Positions 53,535-64,000 of a stretch of DNA of 64,000 nt are shown in pieces. Under the pieces are notes generated by a model, which was not told the origin of the DNA, ran no database searches, and worked only from the letters and a program-made list of their open reading frames with translations. Both the position numbers and the translations under genes were made by a program. The stretch comes from Raillietiella orientalis (lineage: Eukaryota). Within the stretch, counting starts at the first letter, position 1. Each line of letters opens with the position of its first letter. The stretch is taken from contig JAYWIR010000008.1 in assembly GCA_036172245.1 (NCBI GenBank), positions 3,472,001 through 3,536,000 of the forward strand, in the 5' to 3' direction.

Positions 53535-53618
53535 GGGTGAGGAGCTCATCAGATTTAGACGCCCTGAATTGACGGCACGCGAGTCACAGGTGCGACCTCT
53601 GCGGACGGAACGCTTTTT
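53535..53618 (+). pseudogene. Possible degenerate tRNA-like / SINE head
   Basis: A-box-like AGCTCATCAGATTTAGA, T-arm-like ACAGG TGCGACC TCTGC, followed by T6. The acceptor stem does not pair. Confidence 0.3.
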
Positions 53619-54199
53619 TGCGTGTCGCTTACTCTGTCAGGGGTGCCGACTGACTTTATAAAGTGCTGATTAAAGTTACCATTATAATTGTTCATTTAAC
53701 CACATTAAATAAAATGTTTTCATTCCTTTCAAACATCCTATTTATTTAAAAATTACAATTATAGTTCCACTAAAATCAACAATTCATTTGGGTGCGGTAC
53801 AATATAATAAATTATATACGACATCGCTGTAATATTGTGCCATTCTAGGTTTTTTCGAAGTGACTCTTTGAAAAAACGAGAATAATTGGCCGATATAAAT
53901 AGAATTTTGTTTACTGCCGTTGCTAAGGGAATTATAATAACGCAAGTGTATGCGTCCATCTCAAATATGGACAGTATTTAACTTATGTCGCGAGGATAAG
54001 GTAAAAGCACTTGCCAAACGCATATATAGAGTGTCCACAATCCACGCCGATAATCTTCGCCGAACCCATATATGCTTCCATGGCTCACGCTGATAGTTTT
54101 CCTCGGATGCAGATGTGCGTCCATAGCAATCGAAGGCTTAAGACAGGTAAGAAAGCAAAGATTTCGATCTCTTTCAGCGACCTGCCCACCACAGGCCAC

Positions 54200-55635
54200 G
54201 AAGGTCAGATGAGGAGTCGGACAGGAAGGGTAGACAGCTCGAGCCTGATATTCTTCAGCCTGTCCTTGGAGCCGGTGCTGAACGCGTACCGGTACATCCT
54301 GACCTGCCTGGGTCAACTCCGATGGCACGCCTGGCATGGCGCCGACGACTTGCTGCTCTCTCCGCTGCCCGCGCGGACCCCACCAAACGCGCTAGAGGAG
54401 TTGGCTGGGCCTTGTGGACCAGCTGGTGAGACATTCATTGGTGTCTCCCCCCGGGTGTTCATCCCGAAGGATGCAGGAAACTGCGAAGGATCGGCATCCG
54501 TCCTCTCACGCAACCGCAGGCGCAGGCAAGATCTGAGCCGCCCTCTTCGTGCGATCGAGTTGCTGATGATGGAACACGAGTGGAACATCCTGCCATCCAC
54601 TAACCAGGGATGCTTGGAGGCACGGATCCCCTGGAAACGTGGATGCAGATGGGAAGTTCAGCCCTCCCGAGCAGCAACGCCGTCCGTCGTCTGGGGAGAC
54701 TTTTTTGCAGGGATGCTGGGCGGTGTCGGCCTCACTCCCCAGACCTCAGAGTGTGACCGATGAGGGCGTCACACGTGTCACTTCATCGTTCGGGTCAGGA
54801 GAAAGAGGACGCACCTGCAGCGTAGGAGGTGACCACACCTATCTCTGGTGTCAACCGGCTCACTGGCCAGCGGACAACTCCCCTCATGAAACCGTGGCCT
54901 TTACGAAACTTTCTGCCCAAAGATGGATGGCATCCCGGGAGAACTTCGAGATCCCGTGCTTCCTGGTCGATGGCTCCTCGTCATATCCGGCGCCAGAACA
55001 CCGCCATCTCGCCGGTGCGCTGGGCGCTCTCCCGAAACGAGGAACGGGAGCCACCCACGCCCCCAGCAGGGAGAGCGCCCAAGGAGCGCCCCCACCACGG
55101 GACAGTGGAGACGCTCCCACTCGTATTGCTGGAAGGTGTAAGGACGCCGGAGTCGGGGATGGGAGCGCATCTGAGTGGGGAGCTTCCATTCCGTGGTGCT
55201 GCCCCCAGAGGCCTCTTTCGTGCCTCCAGACCTGCCGGTCGGTCGCTGGTGATTCTCTGCCATGGCAACTGCCAGGATGAAGGCAGAAGGCAGAAGCCAG
55301 CATTTCGGGGAGCCATCCACAGCAACCGTCTCCTCCTACATGCGAAGGGCTTCGGTTTCCCCTTGAAACCGCTTTACCGGCTCCTGGTAGCCCACGCATG
55401 GATCTCCTGCTGCCCAATGAACTTTAACGCCTGGCGGCAGGGACCGTTGCATGCCTGGGCAAGGCAACAGGATGTTTCCCTTTTGGAACTCCGTTGCGAC
55501 GGAAAGGCCTAATCGAAAAGGGAGGCTTGCGGCACCGACCAACCCAAAACAGGTGAGCCCACCTCTCCTCCCCTCCCAACGCATCGCAGGACCTCGGGAA
55601 TCGAGTGGAATACCATTCCACTCCCTATTCATTTA
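54200..55635 (+). mobile_element. Decayed L1/Tx1-type LINE fragments (at least two pieces)
   Basis: FFSLSLEPVL...GADDLLL (RT 4-5), then VFIPK..IRPLT..ILPSTNQG..SVVWGDF..MLGGVG (RT 1-3), TYLW, YCWK..GWERI, PLYRLLVAHAW, FPFWN, ending TTTATTTA (~55631). Confidence 0.7.
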
Positions 55636-55914
55636 TTTATCCATTGTCCTCATCCTCCACTCCTTACTAGTGCTGTCCCTTGAGAGGGTGGTCCCTCCGG
55701 GTTCGGGCCGACGCAAGTCGGTCTGTTGCTGTGAAATGGAGGACTTCAGCTATCCGGGATGCGGAGGTCCAGACAGGAGGCGCGCACCTGCCAGAAATGA
55801 AGATAGGTATTGTTGCGTACCAATCAAACAAGCGGAGGAGGGAGAAGCCACACTGCCGGAGGTGCACTTGTCCGGGGGGTGGAGGAGAAAGAGACCTGAA
55901 GCACAAAGAGGAGG

Positions 55915-56595
55915 GGACAAAGAATAAATAAACGAATATAAATAAACAATGGGGAGGAAGGAGAGGATGAGGGGGTGGGCGGGCTCGGGCTGAGCTTTAG
56001 ACCTGAACAACGCGGGCGATGCCCTCCCTCGTCGCTCGTGAAGCCACCTTTCCGCTTTCACGTCGAAGGCAAACGGCACCATTGTTCTTCTTCTCCGGAT
56101 GAACCTGGGAAGGATCTTCTCCTGGAATTTCTTCTCTGGAAGGATCTCCCCACAAGGAAACTGCTCTTTGTTGCTCCTCCGAAGAGGATCCCAAAGGAAT
56201 CCTTCCCGATTTCTCTGAAGAGCTCTCCCTGAAGGAAGCAGCAGCGTGCTTCACACTCTGTAGAGGTTTCAATCCATCAGCTCCATGGTATGAGATGGAG
56301 GTCGCCTCTGAGGAAGGGAAGGGATGTACAGTTCCATTTTCCCAGCCGGTTGGGAATGGCTGTTCGATTCCTGGAAGGCACCCCGGAGAGTCGACTTCCG
56401 TTCCCGGTTTGTCAGCGGAGGCGTCCAGTTCCCACCTGTGCCGCGCCCGAATAGGTCAACCAGAGTCATCTTTCGAGGGAACCCGAAACTCACGACTCAC
56501 CCCCCTTTCTCGACATCCATCCTTCCCCGGGAGGGATTCGAACCCACAACGCTCAGTGACACGCGCGGAGACCTCAGCCACACTATCGCCGACGC
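55915..56595 (-). mobile_element. Copy D: tRNA-like head + array + last part of the LINE C-terminus + TTTATTTA tail
   Basis: B box GGTTCGAATCC (56534-56544) in a GTGGG/CCCTC T-arm. Shares TGGTTGRCCTATTCGGGYGCGGCAC with copy F. Array ~56085-56240. Confidence 0.75.
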
Positions 56596-56689
56596 GAGAT
56601 CGTAGCACGTAGGCCGCTAGGAAGAGGGAGTCCTTTCCTTCCGGCTGGTGAGGCTCCTGCGTCCAGAGGTGGGCAGCTCGGAGTGAACC

Positions 56690-57280
56690 GCACGACCCAC
56701 TTCTGGGATTCGCCGACGTGGGTCCCAAGCTCGTGGGGTCCGACTCCACCCGGGCGCGCGACTTCACCCCTCCCCCTTCCTTCCCTACCGCGTCGGCGGC
56801 TTGGGAATTCGGGGTGCGGTGGCGGAGGCTTGCCCCCTGCTGCAGAACGGCGCGCAGCCTGCCCCATGCGTGCCACCCTCCAGGCAGGCGGGGGAGGAAC
56901 GTAAGAAATTTGCATCGGCGCCCGCACGTATCCCACGGCAACCGGAACCGCACGTTCGGCTGGGAAGCGTGGTGAACGGGGAGACGACACCTCGCAGGAA
57001 AGCACAGGGAGCGCTGCTCCGTTCGGGGGGTCCTCTTCATGGAAGTTGAGAGCGTCCCTTCGGGATCCTCTTCAGAGGAGGAGGAAACAAGGAGGGGATC
57101 CCTCCGGAGAAGAGATGATGAGTTCCTTCCTTCTTCTGGGGAGTCTTTCCAGAGAGAATAAGGAAGAAGTGGCTCAATTTCCTCCCAAGAGTAAGAGAGA
57201 GGGACTCCTTCCTCCACCGGAACCTTCCTGGTTCTCCAAGATGATCCCAACGGGGTCATCCATCCCCCTCCCCCTAAATT
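56690..57280 (+). mobile_element. Copy E: diverged head + hairpin array, no LINE coding part seen
   Basis: B-box-like GGGTCCGACTCC, GGGGTGCG...TGCCCCCTGC, and array 57010-57250 (CCCTTCGGGATCCTCTTCAGAGGAGGAGGAAAC) collinear with copy F. Confidence 0.65.
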
Positions 57281-57574
57281 GAAGAGTCGCGTGGGGAACG
57301 GGACGACGACGACGACGCCTCAGGGGAGGCCGCACGCGCGCGAGTTGCCCTTTCGGCGCTGCCGAAGAACCTCCACCCGGACGGCCTTCGCCAGCGCACC
57401 CGGCGCGCGCCGTCGTCGCGTTCCGCTTGGAAGAAGCCCGGATACAGCGCACGTCGGAGGTCCCGTTCGGTCGCTATAACCTCCCCCCCTCCTCTCTCTC
57501 TCTTCCCCCCCGACTACCTTCGGCTCGCGTTTGTGCCCTTCGCTCGCCTCCGTCGACGATCTCCACCGAGTGAA

Positions 57575-57663
57575 GGAGATCGCCGTTTGACGGTTCCGTG
57601 CGCTCTCGTATAACGCGGGAGACGGGTCCTATGTCACGTGGATCCGCGTTATACGAGCCCGTG
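57575..57663. mobile_element. Short repeat with internal 14-bp inverted repeat (MITE or DNA-transposon end), copy 1
   Basis: CTCGTATAACGCGG (57605-57618) / CCGCGTTATACGAG (57644-57657). Second copy at 60536-60623. Confidence 0.7.
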
Positions 57664-58075
57664 CGGACTGAACGTGGGCCATGCAAGAGTGCTCGCATCC
57701 ACAATTTCGGAAGGGTGATGCCTGGAGCGATTTGTCGCCCGGGTACAAATAAATAAGCGCGAGGAGGCAAGGCATGAAACGTCTCGATCCCGAGAGGCGC
57801 GTCCCGCTGCTTTCTGAGCTGCTGCGTCTCTGCCGCCGCCTCTACGGACCGCGAGGGGAATGAAAGCAGCGAGGGGCACGCGCTCGTCCGGGAAAAATTC
57901 CGGGAAATGAAGCTCTGCGGAAACGCTCCGGAGGCGCTGCGGTCGGAACCGTATCCCCCGGTGTGCCTCGTGAGCAGGGCCTACCACCCAGGCAACAGTC
58001 ACCGCGTCCTGCAGGTAGCGAACCGCGAAATCCATACATCGTGGGGCGCAGTTCTTCCTACCGAACAAAGTAGGG

Positions 58076-59990
58076 CCCGTGTTGGCAGCCGTGTGGCTGC
58101 GATCTCCGCTCCTGGTACCACGCACTGAGGGATCGAATCCCTCCCGGGGAAGGAAGGATCCACTCCGTGAAAAGGGGGAGTGGGGTGCGCCGTGGGTTTC
58201 GAGTCCTGCCCCCTGCAGGATGGCATGGTTGGCCTATTCGGGTGCGGCACCTGTGAAAGCCGGAAACCCCCGGATGCCACAGTTGGCTGGCCTCCGGGAT
58301 CGAAAGTTGACCCTTCGGGATCCTTTCCAGTAATCATGGAGCGTAGGTTCCCTCCAGGGTCTCCCCCTCCATCGCATGCCATGGGGCTGATGGTTTCCTC
58401 TCCGGAGTGCAGAGAAACGCGCTGCTCCCTTCGGGGAGCGCCCTTCAGAGAAATTGGGAGGCATCCCTTCGGGGTTCTTTTCAGAGGAGGAGGAAAACAG
58501 AGCGGATCTTTTGCGGGGGTCTCTCCGGAGAATAAATGAGAGACCCTCTGGATGATCCTTCCAGAGACAACCAGGGTGAGGGTTCCCTTCGAGGTTCCCC
58601 TCCCAAGCGTAGGAGGAAAGGACTCCCTCCGGAGTCCTTCCTGGATTCATGGGATGGTCCCTCCAGGATACCCCCTGTAACTTAAAGATTCACACGCACC
58701 CTCGGACGGCGTGGACAGAGTCTTGAGTCCCCCCTCTCCCAAGGGGGCGAACGGTTCTTCAGCACTCCTTGACAACCAGAAAGCAGCGAAAGCAGAAGAG
58801 CCCTAAAGCATTTCCCATCATCCATATCGTTTGCGGCTCCCCTCCTCTGCTCCCTCCACTTTTTGTTGGCCCCACCCCACCTCCTGACGTCAAGGGAAGG
58901 ACCGAGGACCTCCTGATAAAAGTTCTGCGGTGCGCACCAGCACGGCTCCTCAAGACGAGCGCAACCGGCTGTGAGGGACTCGCATCCCTCCTCGTTGCTC
59001 AAGAGAGGTGGCTGAGGCGTTGCGGACACCAACTCCGCCGGATAGTTGCTCTGAAGAACACCCGGATCTCCTGATTCCCCTCGAACTGCACTGTCTGTCT
59101 CCAGGAGTCCCGCTTTTGCCTAGGGGCAGATCCGCGGCGCGAGCGAGGCGGCGTACGCCTGCCTGCAATGAAGCATCAATACTCGCAAGTCGTGGGAGGA
59201 GATCGTCCGCAACCCCCAGAAGATGTGGTAGACTTTGTCTACCCCCTTTCCCCAGTGCTGCCCTCCATAAGGGGAGCAAGGGACAGCGTAATCCCGGCAA
59301 AGTGGGAAGCGACATGCTGCATGGCAGCAAAAACAAAAATTCTGGGGACGTGGACAACTCTGGGAGTGACGGACGCTGCGACTCCCAGTGTCCCACCACA
59401 CGGACTTGTACGCTGGGGGGAGCTGCTCGGCATCCCTCCGGAGGAGGTGAAGTGTCCCCCAACTTGCTGGAACAGTGGCGCCCTCCCCCTCAAACGGCAG
59501 GAGTTGGTGCTGCTGGTGTTGCATGGAGGAATCCCATGCAAAGAGCGCCTTCAGCACTGGACACGGGGGGGAGCATGAACATTCAGAGTGAAACAGGTGC
59601 GGGAATGAGACCCTCTCGCACCTCCTGCTGCCCTCCGGCCCCTTTGGGATCGTCTCGCGACGATCCTAGGAATCCCGGCAGGTGGCCTCTGTGACATCTT
59701 CAAACGCCTCTTTGTGCGCGCCGCACTGCCGCTACCGGCCGCGTCCCTCGCAGTCCTCCGCTGTCTTCGCGGGGTCGCGGCGGCCTGGAACGCCAGAAGC
59801 AGAGGTCGAAATGGCAGGTACGCCATCCACTGGGCGCGGATCTTCCCGAAGACCGCCTCGAGAGGGTCCAACCTGGGCGATATACGGACGGAACTTGCCA
59901 GCATCCTGGACAGGATACAGAGAACGTCTGGCAGCGTGCTGGGATCCTTCACGAGAAAGAAACGAAGAATACTTTACGAGAAAGAGAGAA
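58076..59990 (+). mobile_element. Copy F: tRNA-like head + complete hairpin array + linker + post-RT ORF2 + CCHC
   Basis: T-arm GAGGG ATCGAAT CCCTC (58127-58143). Array 58308-58675. Then PRRERGGVRLP (GGL.LP), ELVLLVLHGGIPCKERL, RCGNETLSHLL, PLWDRLATILG...LRGVAAAWNAR...ELASILDRIQ. Confidence 0.8.
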
Positions 59991-60535
59991 AAAAAGTTTC
60001 TCTTTGTCCTCGTAGGGGACCGAGAGCCGAAGCTGGACCACTCTCTGAACGATATCTCGGGTATCGGAAGACAAAAAAAAAAAAAAACAAGATAAGCGAT
60101 GCCCTGCTGATAAGCACGAGGTGCGCGTGCACACGCGATTACACGCAGGAACGCAATCATCTCCGTCTTCAAACTGATACAAAGTCACACGCAGTGTTCG
60201 GGCGAGCACTCACAACACCGAGGAGCCGACTGAAAAGGAGTCCCCGCGTCGCTCGCAGTCATCCGACATTTGCTGAAAAATGCGACGCACTGCGGCAAGG
60301 AAGACGCGACGCTCCCGTTCGGCAAGGTCATTCCTCGCGTGGTGTTCTCGCAACGTGTCCGCTTCCCAGTGCCCTTCTCGCAAAGGAAGACGGACGAACG
60401 GCTGCCGCTCCTTGTTCCGGAAAAGAGCGTTCTAGAAAATGATGGCTACCACGAACGCTTGCGTATTTCAAACAAATTTCGAAAACCCTGAGAGTGTTTT
60501 TTTTTTTTTTTTTTTGACAGAAGCGTGGGAGGGCA

Positions 60536-60623
60536 GGAGATCGCTGTTGGACGGCACCGTGTGCTCCCGCATAACGCGGGAGATGAGCTCCGTGCTACGC
60601 CGATCCGCGTTATACGAGCCGTG
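60536..60623. mobile_element. Short inverted-repeat element, copy 2
   Basis: Collinear with 57575-57663. Right end GAGCCGTG is followed by TA. Confidence 0.7.
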
Positions 60624-62411
60624 TAAATTAGGCTTGGATAAGATGAAGAGTATTTCCAAAAGATATAAAATGCCTCTCGAGCGTTGTAACAGCAGAATAT
60701 TTATTATTTTACTTCAAATCAAAAGCATTCATTTTATTCCATCTAAAGGTAAAAAAAAAAAAAAAAGGTTTTTTTTTTAGGGTTTTTGGTGACTTGGAAT
60801 CCATGCCAACAATCGGACGATTTCCGCTCTCGTTGTTGAAAAGCGTATCTTCTTGCGCTGCGTCATCCATGGAAATCCGAACCAAACGGAATCCAACCTA
60901 CCCGGATCGCATGCTTGTGTTCTTTTTCGGAACCAGAGGAAGATGGCAGGACTTCACCACGAGTGGATCAAAGTGGATCCGCAGCGTGGTCGTCGTTTTC
61001 GGTGCTGACTTTTGCGCCGGGTCGCACGAGGATTTGTCGCCATTTTCCCGTCGCGGGAGTGTCCTCCCCGTCTTTTCGCGCACTCGCGCATTCGTAGAGT
61101 CTCGGAAGAGCACACGCACGCAAGAAGAGGATGGCATCCTCCTGCTCTTGCATGCGATCCTACACGAGCAGACGCAGTAGCAGCTCTTCCACAGGCTCAC
61201 TCTGCCAAAGGAAGGAAGAATGGTGAAGACGGAGAAAGAATGGCCCCCGTAGCGGAGGTACCCTCCACACCGATGATTCGAGCTAACCAGGAAATGTTGC
61301 CTGTCACGGATACAGGAAATGGATGCCGTGGGGTTCGTCACCACGGTTTCGGAAGAAGTGAGAGGAAACACCACGTGACGCGGCCTGCAAGCTCAGTCCT
61401 CTGGAGCTTTATGATTTTTCTTCCCGTAAGGAAGGAAAATCGAACGCTCCCCCGGCTGGCACAAGCTCTCCGGCCGCGCAAGGTTGGGCTATTGATCTAC
61501 TTGAGAGTCTCCAGCTTAGTCCCGAAATTGCTCCCGCGGGACCGCTGCAACATTGCTCCGGGAAAGGAGGCACGCCGAAGGAGGAGCGTGCATCTGCGTT
61601 GGGCGATTCGGGAGATTCCTTGGTGTTCGCGAGGAATTGCTTCTTGAGACACAAAGGAAACTGCAAAGTCCTTGCCGAGATCTTTTCCTGGTTCCTCTCG
61701 TTCAATCCTTATTCATTCCCGACGGATGAAATGATTTCTTTGAGGCTGGTCCAAAAAAGTTTTGCATTTTGCGTGAGGAGAGAAAGAGTCTGTTTGATCT
61801 TTGCAAGCTTCATCAGTACACAGTCAGCTCTGTTTTCCCAGATTTATGGGTTTACCAAAAACCTGACCGTAAAAGCTACCAATGCTAGCAAAAGGAGGGG
61901 GGAGAGGGGGGAAGGATCCCACTGCTTCCAGACTGATAAGCGGAATGCTTGTATTCGTATTGCAAGAATTATAACCAGTTCCTTGTTTGCACCGAATTCA
62001 CGAGAAGAGAAACTGGGTCAAGCGAGCACGGTGGTATTGATAAGCGATTCGACCCACTTTGGAAACACTCAAGAGTGTGAGGACGAGAATTGTACCCTTT
62101 CCAGGAAAACTCCTGTCACGTGTGCTTTTTCTTAAACAGGATGGACTCTTTTCATTCCTCTTCGTTCGCCCGTTTCGTTGGGAAATTTTCGAGATTCGAA
62201 AGAGGGAAGGTTAAGGTTTCTCCGACGGGGTTGGTATTCCGCAGGGATCCACCGACGCTGCCCGAGTGTGGTGAGTCGCCCCCCATTTGCGCTTATCGCA
62301 CGAATCGTTGCTGTTAAATGTGGACAGCACGCAGGGAAGCAGTACGGATCGGGTTTCAGAGCGGTGGTCGAATTTCTGGTGGGGGCGGTTGCATGGGAGC
62401 ACCAGGGCTTC

Positions 62412-62458
62412 TCTCTGTATCGTTCCAATTTTAGTGTATGCACAGCCGAAGCGTGTAC
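62412..62458 (-). pseudogene. U6 snRNA 5' fragment through the ACAGAGA box
   Basis: GTACACGCTTCGGCTGTGCATACACTAAAATTGGAACGATACAGAGA. The 5' stem-loop still pairs. No AGC triad, internal stem-loop, T-run terminator or upstream TATA seen. Confidence 0.9.
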
Positions 62459-62674
62459 TTAGACGACCTCCCATTCCCTTTCACCCCCCTGGGCGTTCCG
62501 CGACTCCGTGCGTCTCCCGTCCGGCCCCTGCGTCGCCGCGGCTCTTCCCTCCGCTGGCCGTTCCACCAAGGCGGTCTCCCATCCATCCGGCAGATCTTCC
62601 CTTCGCTCCCCAGGCGGGTTCTCTTAGGGCTTCTCTCAGAGCAAGTCACTCTCAGCGTCATGCCATGGTGTAAT

Positions 62675-63450
62675 TAAAGGATCTGGTTCTCGTTCCAGAG
62701 GACAACGCTGCTCGTTTTCGAACCCACTTGTGGTGTTTCTTCTGCTTTGTTATGGATGGAACGCCCGTTCATGCAATTGTCTGCTCCCAAACATTTGGAT
62801 TTTCAAAGTCCTCGCTCCCTAGGGGAGGAATTTCTTCCAGATCCCTTGGTTGCTTTGGGCACTATTATGTCTCAAGCTCGTCTCTGGAGCTCAACTGATT
62901 TATGGATGGATTTCTTGATGTGTTTCTCTTCAGCTCTGCCACTACAACAGGATGTAGCTGTTTCGTCCTTTACCAGAACCAAATTACCGTTCCGTTCAGA
63001 CTCATCAGAATGCACACTTGGGAGGTCAAGCTGGGAACATGAGTGCTCGAGTTGCTGCTGGCAGAAATCGGCAAGACGGAGGACATAGTATGAGCACACT
63101 TTCGGTTTTCCTTGACTGCTTCACACAGTAGCGAATTCGTTCCTCCTCCGCTTTTATAATGACGTGGTGGCTTCATCTCTTTCTCCACTTTTGCGAACTT
63201 GTCCGTAAGCGTGGTAAGGTTCTTTGGAAAGATACCTCCTTAAAGCCGGAAAACCGGAGAGGCTCGCATGCCGAGCTCGGGTTCTCATGCGATTCCCTAT
63301 TCTGACCGCGTCACCTAATCCCAGCCCATCCTCCTCCGATTGAGCCTCGTGCATCTGAATAATTCATAATTCACTTGCTCGTGGAAGTGATTCCTTCACC
63401 ATGCCTTCTGAGTCACCTAACTGCTTCTGCCCGACTGCGCTTCCTTTCAG
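62675..63450 (-). pseudogene. Possible decayed ORF or unresolved exons
   Basis: One minus-strand frame (MHEAQSEEDG...; DFCQQQLEHS...) is protein-like with about five internal stops. Not recognised. Confidence 0.25.
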
Positions 63451-63828
63451 CTGCTAGCTGCTGCTAGTTATGTGTACTCCAGAATTTGTAATTACACATC
63501 CAAATTGAAAAAACGATCACCAAAACGTGATGCTTTCACAACAGACTTGTGCAACTGGGGAAGGGATGTTCGTCAGGGGAGGTCAGCACGCAGCTGACAG
63601 GGTCACCTTATCAGCATGCGAGTATTCTAAGTGGATATTCCAAGAAGCGCAACGGAGGTCGAGCTTTTCTAGAATGTCGGGAAGACGGAGTCTGGACGTT
63701 TGCGCCGCTGCTTATGCACGCATCTCACGTCCTCGGAAACAAATGGGTATAAAAACTGGGAAGGAGGGGGGGGGGGATCCTCTGGAGCAAATCAGAAAAG
63801 GGAATCACGTAAACTGCGAGCTTTCCGA

Positions 63829-63854
63829 ATGACGACGACGACGACGACGACGAC
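63829..63854. repeat. (GAC)n microsatellite
   Basis: Direct reading. Confidence 0.9.
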
Positions 63855-64000
63855 ATGGAAGAGCGAGTGTCAAATTGATGGACGTGTTTTCTCGTTCCCA
63901 GCTAACCGTATGTGAAATATGCCGAGCTGGGAACGCTTTTCCCGTGGACGCCAGCCAGGGTGGACGAGGGCGCGAAGAGCTGCGCGATCGAAGTGCGCCT

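Noticed and set aside
53606..53645. U6 3' half on the minus strand, implying a U6 gene split by ~8.8 kb
   Set aside because: Only three short gapped blocks match, it is far more decayed than the 5' fragment, and it overlaps a competing tRNA-like reading.
54200..55510. R2/NeSL/Utopia-type element
   Set aside because: Downstream motifs fit L1/Tx1 better. No clear PD-(D/E)xK endonuclease and no U2 3' flank.
58308..58675. Hairpin array as a CRISPR array
   Set aside because: Intron-containing eukaryotic context, degenerate repeats, spacers shared between dispersed copies, no cas genes.
59830..59890. IS630/Tc1 or P-transposase motif SPRLDPLEAVFGKIR on the minus strand
   Set aside because: The opposite strand encodes the LINE C-terminus conserved in three copies, so this is an antisense coincidence.

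Overview
Eukaryotic (invertebrate-animal-like) genomic DNA with ~46-60 bp mini-introns, many homopolymers and microsatellites, running from AT-rich (1-9 kb) to GC-rich (35-60 kb). Most ORFs in the track are spurious. Two genes are well supported: a coiled-coil + fibrinogen C-domain (FReD) gene on the minus strand (9205-14502, 5' end unresolved) and a CEP350-like centrosomal gene on the plus strand (~31281-41861) in which no CAP-Gly domain was visible. Three unidentified spliced genes are weaker calls. The 45-60 kb region is a graveyard of decayed L1/Tx1-type non-LTR retrotransposons. The most interesting signal is that in five places these ORF2 remnants lie directly 3' of the same module: a tRNA-like head followed by a ~39-bp-period array of cUUCGg/cUCCGg hairpin units. 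In the two best copies this module joins the linker upstream of RT at the same junction, with no visible ORF1 or AP endonuclease. 5'-only fragments of U2 (36 nt) and U6 (47 nt) snRNA are also present. All family assignments come from motif recognition by eye, not from database searches.
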